This document shows positions 1 through 8,998 of a DNA stretch of 64,000 nt, piece after piece (position 1 is the stretch's first letter; every line of letters starts with the position of its first letter). Position numbers and translations under genes: made by a program. A model generated the notes under the pieces. The model made no database searches, was not told where the DNA came from, and saw only the letters and a program-made list of their open reading frames with translations. Location: IMG/VR virus record IMGVR_UViG_3300037297_000066, positions 62,001 to 126,000 of that record. One strand, 5' to 3'.

Positions 1-1321
1 GGTCTAGGAGACCTTGAAGGATCAGGGCGATCCGGTTGTGCTTCTGGATCTCCCCGGCGATGTGTGCAGCAATGTCGTCGTAGTGAACGTTGGACTGGTC
101 GAACGGTTTGTAATCCCGAACGGTTTGTCGCCTGGATCCTTGATATCTCCAACGATCCTTTTGGGGACAGGTCCTGAGCTTACGAAGCCGCTCCGCCTCT
201 TCTCTCTCCTCTTCCTCCAAGAGCCCTTGGCGCTCATCGTCCGTGATGAGCCTATCCACGCGGTCAGCAAACATTCGGGCCCAGAGCTTGCCCCCCAGCT
301 TTTGCCGATCAAGATCTGGGAACAGCTTCTTGTCGAACTCGATAGCGGTAGCCATACGGTAGAGGTTGTCCCCATTCCGCAGGTACAGGAAAGTCTGCTT
401 ATCCGCTTCATAGGCGAACAAGAAGTTGATGAACTCGGACAAGCTCATGTACGGCCGGCCCTGTTGCTTGGAGTTACGACGGACTTTGAAAGCCACCACG
501 CAGCGAGGGAAGGGGAGGATGCGATCCCGGTTTGCAGGGACGGCCAGCCACTGGTCAAACTCCTCGATGTTCTTGAAGGACATCCCTCCAGTCTGATAAG
601 CGAGCAGGCACTCTTCGTCCATGTAGTGTCGTCGTTGCAGCAGATGCACCTTGGCATCGACGGCCGCACAATCCCCCTCGGTAATCTGGACCACCTTCTC
701 TGAGAGCCCAGCGTAGAGCTCGACGTTGAAGATCCGGCCCTGGATGACGTCTATGACCTTTTCCATGCCCCGAGCTTTAGCCTTAAGGGGGATGAGGTCG
801 GCACACATCCATTCGGCCAGCGCTTTGTTGGCCCGTTCGATCTCTTTGAACAGAGCTGGAAGGGTTTTGTCTTTGGCTTTGACCAAAGCCTTCTCGTACC
901 CCTTCAGGTCCCCGCTTCCGGAGTTCAGAGTGGCCAGGGCCTTCGTTTCGGTTCCTGACTGCAGCTCGGGGCTGGGAGCCACCGCCAACTTGGCGGTGAT
1001 TTCGTGAACCCGGGCCATGAGCTTGGCCACCCGTTTTTGGTACTTGGTTCGCTGGTTCTCGATGAAGTCCTGGGGACGGTGCTCCCGTTCACACACGTCC
1101 CAAAACTCATCCAGGTGGACGCGAGCTATGTAGCAGACTCCCTTTAGCTCGGCGTAGTTCGAGCCAACGTGAACTACACACCCAAGCCAACAACCCCCCC
1201 GGTCGAGGGCATCGTCATGCTTGTCCCCCTGGACCCAATACCACTGGCCGACTTCGACTTTCTCGTTGTCGGGAAGTTCCTTCGTGGGAACTACCTTGGG
1301 TTTGGCAATGGATCGGGTCAT
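1..1321 (-). CDS. Large hypothetical phage protein, 5' part only (runs off the window start; missing from the ORF track)
   Basis: Manual translation: ATG at 1321 overlaps the stop of the upstream gene (MTRSIAKPKVV...VHLLQRRHYMDEEC...LPFPRCVVAFKVRR...) and stays open to base 1. From memory it resembles a conserved large-phage hypothetical. Confidence 0.8.
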   Translation of the reverse strand, partial: MTRSIAKPKVVPTKELPDNEKVEVGQWYWVQGDKHDDALDRGGCWLGCVVHVGSNYAELKGVCYIARVHLDEFWDVCEREHRPQDFIENQRTKYQKRVAKLMARVHEITAKLAVAPSPELQSGTETKALATLNSGSGDLKGYEKALVKAKDKTLPALFKEIERANKALAEWMCADLIPLKAKARGMEKVIDVIQGRIFNVELYAGLSEKVVQITEGDCAAVDAKVHLLQRRHYMDEECLLAYQTGGMSFKNIEEFDQWLAVPANRDRILPFPRCVVAFKVRRNSKQQGRPYMSLSEFINFLFAYEADKQTFLYLRNGDNLYRMATAIEFDKKLFPDLDRQKLGGKLWARMFADRVDRLITDDERQGLLEEEEREEAERLRKLRTCPQKDRWRYQGSRRQTVRDYKPFDQSNVHYDDIAAHIAGEIQKHNRIALILQGLLD

Positions 1322-1608
1322 CCGTCGCTTCTCCACCTCATTCGAGTCAACTGTTGTTCACGCTGAGTGTTGAACAAGGGACTGGAACATCCGGCTCCAA
1401 TCGCCAAGCCTTTTCGGGCGGCTTCATGGGCTTTCCCTGTAGTTTCCAAGAGAAGCAAGCAACGGTATCGTCTGGCTCTCTCGTTCCATTGGAGCCCCGC
1501 ACACACCCCTTTCTCATCCAGGCCGTAGATAGACTGTCCGGCAACACATTGCACTTTCTGGCAACAGTAGCCGCAGCCTACACAGGGGTGTACTGGTGCT
1601 TGGGTCAT
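1318..1608 (-). CDS. Cys-rich putative metal/Fe-S-binding protein
   Basis: N-terminal CxxCGxCC (CVGCGYCC) plus further Cys; stop/start overlaps with both neighbours. Confidence 0.6.
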   Translation of the reverse strand: MTQAPVHPCVGCGYCCQKVQCVAGQSIYGLDEKGVCAGLQWNERARRYRCLLLLETTGKAHEAARKGLAIGAGCSSPLFNTQREQQLTRMRWRSDG

Positions 1609-1853
1609 CTATGCTGGAACCTCTTGGAGTCCACTGCCAGGATGAGCTCGTCTCCCTGGTGGAGTAGCATGACGTTGAGGCCCTCGGCATAGAGTTGACC
1701 AGCCAATCTCAAGTAGGCAGCCAAGACGAAAGACTGATTCGACTTGGGGAGCTCTACGGTCTTTCCGTGCTCTAAGTCGAGTTTCCTCAGAGTCTCCTCT
1801 ACCTGGGGGGCTCGGGTCCAGTTGACAACGGTGATCTTGGTTGGTTCAGGCAT
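1605..1853 (-). CDS. Hypothetical protein (likely start MPEPTK at 1853)
   Basis: TGATG overlap with the upstream ORF. Confidence 0.55.
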   Translation of the reverse strand: MPEPTKITVVNWTRAPQVEETLRKLDLEHGKTVELPKSNQSFVLAAYLRLAGQLYAEGLNVMLLHQGDELILAVDSKRFQHR

Positions 1854-2034
1854 CACGATCCTTCTCGGTCGAAGAACTCCTCTAGATCCGTCAGGTAGCA
1901 AGCCAGATGGGGTTCTCTTTTGGGTTTTGAGGCGAAGTGTATCTCCTTACGCACCCGATCGATACTCACTACGTAGACGGGAGTCGGCATACCTTTCTCT
2001 CGGTACCTGTCCCCGACCTTTGGGTACTGCAGTT

Positions 2035-2427
2035 TCACGGGGACCACCCCTTCGGAGGTTTCCACCCCTCGGCAAGAGCCTTCTTGGCCCATTCAGGGAG
2101 GGGCTTGTTCGCCTTGTCCAGGTTCAGCCGGGCGTTGACAGCTCGGAGGGCCTCTCGGGCTACCGAAGTGCTATCGAATCGAAATTCCTGCCCTCTGAGG
2201 GGAAGCTCCAGCCCTTTGTTCTTGCAGAACCCACGAAGAGCATCGATGGCCGTGTCGTTCTCCCAGTTGTTGAGGCGTTCGTTGGCCAGGTAGAGCCCGA
2301 ACTCTCCCTCCACAGGATCGTACCAGGCGATTTGGGTATCATGGGCACGCTCGTCGAGGGCTAGGTACATACCGTCGGGGTCCACGTACCGAGGCACTCT
2401 CTGGGAGGTCTTCTTCTTGGCAGCCAT
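2035..2427 (-). CDS. Hypothetical protein
   Basis: 130 aa ORF in a co-oriented run, with an AGGAG-like RBS upstream. Confidence 0.6.
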   Translation of the reverse strand: MAAKKKTSQRVPRYVDPDGMYLALDERAHDTQIAWYDPVEGEFGLYLANERLNNWENDTAIDALRGFCKNKGLELPLRGQEFRFDSTSVAREALRAVNARLNLDKANKPLPEWAKKALAEGWKPPKGWSP

Positions 2428-2433
2428 GGCTCC

Positions 2434-2679
2434 TCAGGTACAGCTACAGGTGTTACGGGGGCCTGGGCCGGCCCCACAGGTCTCGCAGCAGTAGCGCTTC
2501 AGGTAGAGGCAGGTCTCTCGACACGCCTCTGGGTGGGGGTGCTTCCGTTGCTTGCATAGGACGGTACACCGGAAGCATCGCTTGTGGCATTCCGCCTTCT
2601 GGCTGGGAGTGGGTTCCCGATCTGCTCTGGCCACGGTGGCCACGGTCAAGAGGGCCAAGAAAATCGTGAGGTGTTTCAT
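2434..2679 (-). CDS. Small secreted Cys-rich protein
   Basis: Signal peptide-like N-terminus (MKHLTIFLALLTVATVARA) followed by many Cys in ~60 aa. Confidence 0.65.
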   Translation of the reverse strand: MKHLTIFLALLTVATVARADREPTPSQKAECHKRCFRCTVLCKQRKHPHPEACRETCLYLKRYCCETCGAGPGPRNTCSCT

Positions 2680-2816
2680 GCGTTCACCGACAGCAGCCGT
2701 TCGGCCTCATGTTGGAGGACATCGTCCAGAGCCTCTGCTTCGAAGTCGTAGTCGTAGTCGTCGAATTCGTCTTCGGGGAGAGTTTCGGGTTCGTGCTCTG
2801 AAGTGACGTTTTCCAT
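2676..2816 (-). CDS. Small acidic protein (start MENVT at 2816)
   Basis: ATG 4 nt downstream of the class A promoter-like motif. Confidence 0.5.
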   Translation of the reverse strand: MENVTSEHEPETLPEDEFDDYDYDFEAEALDDVLQHEAERLLSVNA

Positions 2817-2820
2817 ACCA

Positions 2821-2852
2821 TTACTACACGTGAGGGGGTTGGATCTTAACCC
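2821..2852 (-). promoter_or_regulatory. Class A motif GGGTTAAGATC-N7-CTCACGTGTAGTA, copy 1
   Basis: One of four copies with identical spacing, each 4-5 nt before an ATG. Confidence 0.7.
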
Positions 2853-3109
2853 TGCTTCCAACCTTTCTGGTGTCTGAGGTCGAAATCCTTCAGGTCAGGA
2901 GGGGTTTCCTCCCACTTTCGAAAAACTCCGTACCATTGAGAGGTGTCGTAGACGAACTCGCCGTCGGTAGTGTATGAAAGAGTGCCGTCTTTCAGTTGGA
3001 GCGCCTCCAGCATCAACCATCGGGGGTGAGGGGAAGGTTGGCATGTATCTCCGTAGAACAGGTAGGTCCCGGGTTCAGTCGGTAGTTGTGTGGACCACTT
3101 GGACATCAC
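2846..3109 (-). CDS. Hypothetical protein
   Basis: 87 aa ORF abutting the upstream gene. Confidence 0.55.
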   Translation of the reverse strand: MMSKWSTQLPTEPGTYLFYGDTCQPSPHPRWLMLEALQLKDGTLSYTTDGEFVYDTSQWYGVFRKWEETPPDLKDFDLRHQKGWKQG

Positions 3110-3400
3110 TCACTCCTCTTCTTCGTCCAACAAGAGCGCCTTCACCATTTGAGAAGCGTGAACGAAGGGGCCCACCTTCCGAAGGAACTTCTCCAAGGCT
3201 GCTGTCTTGGCCTTTTCCAAGTCGGTGGTGCCAAGAGGGACCTTGTTGTAGAGGGGGTGGCAGTGGCTCACCCACTCATCCCCATGGCGGAGGTGCTTGG
3301 TGATCACGATACGAACCCGCCCCACATAAGTGGCCCAGGTTCGGGGTTCGACCTTCCCACGTTCACCACGACCGTAACTGGTCTCGTCTTTCCATTCCAT
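3110..3400 (-). CDS. Hypothetical protein
   Basis: ATG 4 nt downstream of a class A motif. Confidence 0.65.
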   Translation of the reverse strand: MEWKDETSYGRGERGKVEPRTWATYVGRVRIVITKHLRHGDEWVSHCHPLYNKVPLGTTDLEKAKTAALEKFLRKVGPFVHASQMVKALLLDEEEE

Positions 3401-3404
3401 GCTT

Positions 3405-3436
3405 CTACTACACGTGAGGAGCCCGGATCTTAACCC
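3405..3436 (-). promoter_or_regulatory. Class A motif, copy 2
   Basis: Reverse complement GGGTTAAGATCCGGGCTCCTCACGTGTAGTAG, then AAGC-ATG. Confidence 0.7.
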
Positions 3437-3528
3437 TGGGCCTAGAAAAGTCTCTCCTATACCCTACACCGGGGGTTCCCCTTTTCAGACGAGTCCTAGA
3501 TGCCTGAGGCTAAATTCGGACCTTGGGC

Positions 3529-4188
3529 CTAGCCTTGGAGCTTGGACGCATTGTCCAAGTCGAACTTCTCGTCCAGGTAGAACTTCAGGTAGGTGGGTTC
3601 CCCGCCCTTTGGGGTATGTCGAAACTCCACGAACACTCGTCTACCTTCGAGACCAATAGTGTAACCACCGATTCTGCCTGTTCTTCGATGGTGCTCGATG
3701 GCCATCAGGGCGTGGTAGCCGTTGGCGGAGTGGACTTCTGAACGGGTGATCTTGAGAATGAGATCGTCGGAAAGAGCGTGGATGAAGGATTGTATCTCGG
3801 AAGGAGTGAGTTGCTGACCTTCGAGTACTATCTCGATGAGTCCGGCCAGATTGTTTCCTCGCAGTTCGCCGTACCAGATCTCCATAAAGGAGCGGACCCC
3901 CATAGTCACGATGTCAGTCAATACATCTGACGTGAGGGGTTGATCCTTGTATTTGCTTCCAAAGGTTTCTCGTAGTCGGAAGGCTGCCTTTTCAGCGGCA
4001 AGCATCATGGTACCTTTGACGTTGCTCGCACGTACCCCTGTGGAGAGCAGTATAGGAGACAGCACTCCTAGATCTGCCCACGCTTCTTCCAAGGGCTCTT
4101 CTTCGTCTTCACTCAAAGAAGAAGCAACAGTCGGTTCTTCATCCATTCGGGTAAGGGATCCTTGCTGGTGAAGCCAATGGAGACCCAT
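3529..4188 (-). CDS. Hypothetical protein (start probably internal, MDEEPT)
   Basis: Long ORF co-oriented with neighbours. Confidence 0.6.
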   Translation of the reverse strand: MGLHWLHQQGSLTRMDEEPTVASSLSEDEEEPLEEAWADLGVLSPILLSTGVRASNVKGTMMLAAEKAAFRLRETFGSKYKDQPLTSDVLTDIVTMGVRSFMEIWYGELRGNNLAGLIEIVLEGQQLTPSEIQSFIHALSDDLILKITRSEVHSANGYHALMAIEHHRRTGRIGGYTIGLEGRRVFVEFRHTPKGGEPTYLKFYLDEKFDLDNASKLQG

Positions 4189-4547
4189 GGGACAGGCTCA
4201 TACTCCAGTTGAAGGATTCGGGACTGCAGCATCAAGCAGTGAAACAGACCCTGAATGATCTTGGCCGAAGCTGGGTTCTTACGTCGAGATTTGATCAACT
4301 GTAGAGCAGAGTTCCTCAACTGCTGCACCACTAGATCTTGCTGAGCTTTAGGGACCAACAACGACACTCGGTGCTGACGGTTCTCTGTCAGGTACAAGGC
4401 TAGAGTCAAGGAAGCCTGGAATCCCTCTGAATCCAACTCTCGTAGATCCAACCCTCTGTAGCCTTGCTCGTATGCTTCGTACAAGCTCTGAGCGATCTCA
4501 CTAGGGGGTGTACCGTAAAGTCGTTGATGGAAGTCACCCAAAGCCAT
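4113..4547 (-). CDS. Hypothetical protein
   Basis: 144 aa ORF preceded by GGTG-TATGGT-N5-ATG (class B motif). Confidence 0.65.
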   Translation of the reverse strand: MALGDFHQRLYGTPPSEIAQSLYEAYEQGYRGLDLRELDSEGFQASLTLALYLTENRQHRVSLLVPKAQQDLVVQQLRNSALQLIKSRRKNPASAKIIQGLFHCLMLQSRILQLEYEPVPWVSIGFTSKDPLPEWMKNRLLLLL

Positions 4548-4864
4548 AGCTCACCATACACCAGTTACCGTCCGTTGGGATCGAAAAGACTTGGCAGATG
4601 TTCCCGTCTGTGACTAAGGTGCGCCCCTGCGTTGGACTGGCCCACGAGTCTAAATCGGCCGGCCTTTTTGAGTCTGTAAGTGACCTTAAACATTGAGCTT
4701 TTCAGTATATTTAGAGGCAAGACATACCCCTTCCTGTTCTGCGAGTTTGCAATACCTTTCTATGCGTACAGACAAAGTACACGCAGAAAACCCCGTTGAC
4801 CAAAGGGTAGTGCGGGGACTAGCTACGGGGATAGCTTGGTAACACGCCACCAAGGAAAACAACT

Positions 4865-5617
4865 ATGGACTCAGTCATCGCTTGGATTCTGTCCTTCATC
4901 GTGATGGTAGCTCCCCCGGGACGCACGGTTTATTACCCGGCGGCTCAAGAGACGAAGGAGGAAGCTGTAGTTCGCTACAACTCCATTGCCCAAGACGTGT
5001 TGGAGGTAGTCTACGATCCAGGCACCAAGCCGTTGTTTCGAGGTCCCAACGGAAGGGCTCAAACGGTGGCTTTGGTACTTAGCATCATGCTGCACGAATC
5101 GGGCTTCCGAAAGGATGTCGATTTCGCCTTGGGGAAGTACAGTCGAGGAGACCAGGGCAACTCCTGGTGTTTGATGCAACACAACATCGGCACTGGACGA
5201 ACGCTGCCTTGGAACACCAAGCACAACCGGGCCCCCAAATGGGGGGACCCTCCAGAAGAGATCCATCCGGGGTACACGGGTCCCGAGTTGATTGCCGATC
5301 GAAAGCTGTGCATCAGCGAAGGGGTAAAGGTCCTCCGGCTGTCCATGGGGGTTTGCCGGAAGCTGCCTCTCGACCAGCGTCTCAGATCCTATGCTTCGGG
5401 TACTTGCGAAAAGGGGGGTAAACAGAGTGCGGTACGAATGGGTACGGCTCTCAGATGGTTCTATAGGAGCCGAAGCAAACGAAACTTCGTGGATTCAGAA
5501 GTCACGGCAGCGGTAGCCCAATTGCTGAAGGAAAGTGCTGAACAGGAGGCCATGGAGGCCGAAAAGCAGCGTGAGAAAGCCGATCAGGCGGCAGCCGGCC
5601 CTATCGCCCAGAGATAG
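4865..5617 (+). CDS. Lytic transglycosylase (SLT)-like protein with N-terminal signal/anchor
   Basis: MLHESGF...WCLMQ resembles the ES...GLMQ lysozyme-like motifs; hydrophobic N-terminus; AAGGA RBS. Confidence 0.55.
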   Translation: MDSVIAWILSFIVMVAPPGRTVYYPAAQETKEEAVVRYNSIAQDVLEVVYDPGTKPLFRGPNGRAQTVALVLSIMLHESGFRKDVDFALGKYSRGDQGNSWCLMQHNIGTGRTLPWNTKHNRAPKWGDPPEEIHPGYTGPELIADRKLCISEGVKVLRLSMGVCRKLPLDQRLRSYASGTCEKGGKQSAVRMGTALRWFYRSRSKRNFVDSEVTAAVAQLLKESAEQEAMEAEKQREKADQAAAGPIAQR

Positions 5618-5732
5618 TTTCTGGGTTTCTTGGCTTCTATTTCCTGAGAAATCCAGGGTTTTCGAAGCTAAATCTGCGGTTCAGCCGCAGAGACAATCTT
5701 CTTATGACTTCTTCCTTGGCAAGGAGTCATTC

Positions 5733-6212
5733 ATGTCGAATCCGACCACTCAGGAACTAGCTATTCTCAGGAGTCGTCTTGTCAAGGCGGTCCAAAAGAG
5801 ATACCTCGTCGGTCAGCCCCAGCGATACCTGCAAATGCTCGTGTCTGAGACGGGTCAGGACGTGGTTCCAGAAGGCGTCAAAAAAGGATCTGCTGCACAT
5901 CTTCTGCAGCTAGTTGACGAAGCTCTAGCCATTCGTTCGGGTGCCAAGAAGAAGGTTGCTCCCAAGGTTGCTCCCAAGGTTGCTCCCAAGGTTGCTCCCA
6001 AGGTTGCTGTGGCTCCCCCTCCTGAGCCTGAGCCAGAACCTGAGGAAGAGGAAGAAGAGCTCGACCTTTCCGTTCTCCCCAGTGTGAAAACCTTGGAGAC
6101 CTTGACCAAGGATGAGCTGTACGAGTACGCTCAGCAGGTAGACCTCGATGGCCGCTCGGCCATGAACAAAGAGGAGCTACTGAGCGCTCTGAAGGCTTTG
6201 AAGAAGGGCTAG
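5733..6212 (+). CDS. Protein with C-terminal Rho_N-like domain and KVAP repeats
   Basis: AAGGAG RBS before ATG 5733; LETLTKDELYEYAQQVDLDGRSAMNKEELLSAL fits the Rho N-terminal-like helical motif. Confidence 0.65.
   Translation: MSNPTTQELAILRSRLVKAVQKRYLVGQPQRYLQMLVSETGQDVVPEGVKKGSAAHLLQLVDEALAIRSGAKKKVAPKVAPKVAPKVAPKVAVAPPPEPEPEPEEEEEELDLSVLPSVKTLETLTKDELYEYAQQVDLDGRSAMNKEELLSALKALKKG
5952..6008 (+). repeat. 12-bp tandem repeat AAGGTTGCTCCC x4.75 (encodes KVAP)
   Basis: Directly visible exact repeats. Confidence 0.95.
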
Positions 6213-7321
6213 GTACAGATCCTAGCCCTCCACGCTTCTAGCAACTTGGCCCGGGTCTTGGGTCCAACGGCTTCGTCCTTTTTGAGACCGTTGCGCTCTT
6301 GGAACGTGTAGATGGCTTCTCGGGTCTTTCGGCCCATGACGTCGTCCACACCGTCTCCATTAGGGCCGCTCGACCCGAGGTCGTAGCCCATGTCCACCAA
6401 CTGCTGTTGGATCTCTGCAGTGGTTAGGAACTGGGGTTCCCCGGTTTCAGCTTGGCTCTCAGTGTCGTGTTGAGCCTGCCAATCCTTGAGCTCTTTGGCG
6501 AAGTCCGGAAGGTTCACTCCGTAGAGCTGCTCGATGACCGGTCGAATCTTGTCGTAACGGTGGGGGTAGATGGTAATCTTCGGACCAAAGGTCAGTTCCT
6601 TGAGCACGGAGATACACCAGTCAGAGCTCCACTTCTTGGCTACAGAGGCCCTAACAGCCTTCTGGAGATGCTTTGAGGCGTAGGCAGGGTTGTTGGCTGC
6701 GAAGGATAGAAACGCAGCCCTGAGGGCTCCTGGCCAGCCTGTGTCTGGTGTGGAGTCAAATAGGATGCCTCGGGCTTCCTTGGTAGCAAAAGTACGGACT
6801 CGGGGCACCGTCCAAGCGACCTGGGCCTCCACTGCCTCAGGTTGGGACAGTACGTTGGAAGCCGAGGCCACCCAAAGCTTCACGTGGTCTTTGCTGGCTC
6901 GGTCCCAGGTACCTTTTTGGCCATTGCTGTTGAGGAGGAAGAGCCGCTGCTGGTCTGTTCTTTGCCGGATGGGCTTGAGTTGCCCTTTCCAGAAGAAGTC
7001 TCCTCGGAAGTCTACTCCAGATGCGTCCAGGGCCGGCTGGAGGGGAGCTAGAAGGTCGGGGTTCTTCTTCTGGACGGCGGCCAACAACTTGGAAGAAAGT
7101 CGGTAAATTTCACACCACTGGAAGAAACCCAACGAGATCATGCAACGGTCATAGGCGTTGATGGCATCGGCAGCTCCTCCTTCGGTGCTGGTGATGACGT
7201 TCATCACCAAGTCAGCAGGAGTCGGGTTATCCGGGAGCTTGAACTTGGTCTTGCCCGGGTACCAAGCGCCCTCATACTGCTGGTAGCTTCCCCACTTCGT
7301 ATCGGCTGGAGTGATCATCAC
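6209..7321 (-). CDS. Putative endolysin: lysozyme-like N-domain plus C-terminal PG_binding_1 domain
   Basis: C-terminal EIQQQLVDMGY...DDVMGRKTREAIYTFQERNGL...VGPKT is a typical PG-binding domain; N-terminal EGG..AINAYD..ISLGFFQW is lysozyme-like. Confidence 0.7.
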   Translation of the reverse strand: MMITPADTKWGSYQQYEGAWYPGKTKFKLPDNPTPADLVMNVITSTEGGAADAINAYDRCMISLGFFQWCEIYRLSSKLLAAVQKKNPDLLAPLQPALDASGVDFRGDFFWKGQLKPIRQRTDQQRLFLLNSNGQKGTWDRASKDHVKLWVASASNVLSQPEAVEAQVAWTVPRVRTFATKEARGILFDSTPDTGWPGALRAAFLSFAANNPAYASKHLQKAVRASVAKKWSSDWCISVLKELTFGPKITIYPHRYDKIRPVIEQLYGVNLPDFAKELKDWQAQHDTESQAETGEPQFLTTAEIQQQLVDMGYDLGSSGPNGDGVDDVMGRKTREAIYTFQERNGLKKDEAVGPKTRAKLLEAWRARICT

Positions 7322-7342
7322 CTCAGCTACGATACTAAAACT

Positions 7343-7615
7343 CTAAAGCTCAGACAAGATCCGATCCCACACCGTTGGGGCGGGTTTTGGCTCCTGCTCC
7401 TGCTCCTGTGCCCAACGCTTAGCCACTTTCTCCAACTCCACGAGCGGCTCGTTTGTCCTTTCCAAGTCCCCTGCCGGCTGAAGGGGTGGGTCAGGCGTAC
7501 GCCACTGTCTCCGTCGAGAAGCCACCAGCCTCTTGTGCAGACTTCTCATCACAGAGCCGCAGAGAGCGCCCGCCAGAAACCATCCCCACCAGGGAAGATC
7601 CAACCACCACATCAC
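7343..7615 (-). CDS. Membrane-anchored hypothetical with W-tag (PTVWDRIL)
   Basis: N-terminal TM; C-terminal tag. Confidence 0.65.
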   Translation of the reverse strand: MMWWLDLPWWGWFLAGALCGSVMRSLHKRLVASRRRQWRTPDPPLQPAGDLERTNEPLVELEKVAKRWAQEQEQEPKPAPTVWDRILSEL

Positions 7616-8334
7616 GGATCTCGATCAAGCCGTTCCCAGCAGGTAGGCGTTTGAGCTTGCTGTTTTCGTTCTTCGACTGCATTCAAAGCCTCCATCCTCT
7701 CCAACATGTCTCGCAGACTTTGAAGTGTAGCTTTGTCGGGGACAGCCTGCTCTTCGGAAGGTTTGGAAACCTGCACGATCTCCAACGCTCCTTGTCTACC
7801 TCGAACGAAGTACGTTCCCGTCACCCAAACTAGCTCCATTTCAGGAACATCCCTGTAGCTTCTGACAACGTGCACCAAACCAGGGGCTTCGTCAGCGTCT
7901 ACAGAAACAGATGCGTTGACTCTCACCGTAATCTGAGGGTTCTCGACTCCATCCCACCTGGAACCACGCACGTCTCTCAAAGAGTTCCCGTTCAACGACA
8001 AGCTTTCCAGATGGTCTGCTACCTCGGTGAATTCTTCGAGTTCTTCCGTGTCCAATCGCACATCGTACTGTAGATGGTGCTGATGAGACCAAGCCACCTG
8101 CTCAGCCTTTCGCTTCTGTTTTCGCTTTTCCCACCATTCTAAGGTCCTGACTACGGCACTTATCAGTAGCATCCCCACTACCGCTACTAGCAGCCCTACT
8201 GTGTGATCGGCAGACATCCTAACGGTACTCTTCTCCATGGATGCTGAGATTCCGAACCCACCGGAGATTAACAGCAGCCTGAGGTTGAGGAGACTCCAAC
8301 TCACGGGAGCGACCCAGTATGTAGCTACCAGCAT
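7612..8334 (-). CDS. Membrane-anchored hypothetical with W-tag (PTCWERL); start probably internal
   Basis: TM segment; tag; overlap with the downstream gene. Confidence 0.6.
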   Translation of the reverse strand: MLVATYWVAPVSWSLLNLRLLLISGGFGISASMEKSTVRMSADHTVGLLVAVVGMLLISAVVRTLEWWEKRKQKRKAEQVAWSHQHHLQYDVRLDTEELEEFTEVADHLESLSLNGNSLRDVRGSRWDGVENPQITVRVNASVSVDADEAPGLVHVVRSYRDVPEMELVWVTGTYFVRGRQGALEIVQVSKPSEEQAVPDKATLQSLRDMLERMEALNAVEERKQQAQTPTCWERLDRDP

Positions 8335-8998
8335 CTGAACCGTTTCGGAACCCGTTTAAGGCCACCTCTACTTCCTGATGGATGCTCTGAATGGTCCTAC
8401 GATTTCCGTTGAGGAGAACGGTTACCCTCCAAGGCATCGAATCAAGTGTCACATTCCCGGTCGTCACTCGAACAGCACTAGGACGCAAACACCTCAAGAA
8501 GTTGGTTGCCGCATTGTTCCAAGGGGTGCCCCACAGTTCTTGCAGCACAGGTAGACTGAACCACCCAAAAGAATGGTCTCGGGTTTCGTAATCAACCCCG
8601 TGACTAGAGATGTAAGAGTCGGCTACGTCGGTCGCCTCTCGTTGTGTTCTCAGAGCCGCTAGGTTCTCTGGAGAATCTCTTTCCGCAAGCTCTTCTGGAG
8701 TCCTCTCGTAGAAACGCAACCCTATCGGTTGCCGGACTTCATCCGCAGGCAATACCGTGAGCTCAGTCCGAACCGGAAGTTTGTTGAGGTCCGGAAGCTC
8801 TTCTTGCTTCGGACTTCCCTGTATGATGAGCCCTCCCCCCACCACTTGTTCTTTTGGGAACCGATCTAGGTGAATGAGGGTAGCCTCTTCCTCCATCTCT
8901 TCCAGTGAAGGATTTTCCGGACGAGGATTCACCTCTTCCCAGGCAGCTTCGATGGGTTCACGGCTGTCGTCAGTCATTGACTTCCCATCCTTCTCCAC
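8219..8998 (-). CDS. Hypothetical protein; C-terminal region weakly resembles I13/I78 protease-inhibitor fold
   Basis: VRVTTGNVTLDSMPWRVTVLLNG resembles the V.xG..VT.D....RV.V pattern; weak. Confidence 0.5.
   Translation of the reverse strand: MEKDGKSMTDDSREPIEAAWEEVNPRPENPSLEEMEEEATLIHLDRFPKEQVVGGGLIIQGSPKQEELPDLNKLPVRTELTVLPADEVRQPIGLRFYERTPEELAERDSPENLAALRTQREATDVADSYISSHGVDYETRDHSFGWFSLPVLQELWGTPWNNAATNFLRCLRPSAVRVTTGNVTLDSMPWRVTVLLNGNRRTIQSIHQEVEVALNGFRNGSDAGSYILGRSRELESPQPQAAVNLRWVRNLSIHGEEYR

Noticed and set aside
14-1110. Listed ORFs 14-703(+), 22-411(-), 445-669(-), 726-1007(+) and 925-1110(-)
   Set aside because: They are shadows of the uninterrupted minus-strand ORF 1321 to <1, which the track omitted because it has no stop in the window.
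5952-6008. KVAP 12-bp repeat as a contingency or phase-variation locus
   Set aside because: The unit is a multiple of 3 within a flexible linker, so length changes would not switch the frame.
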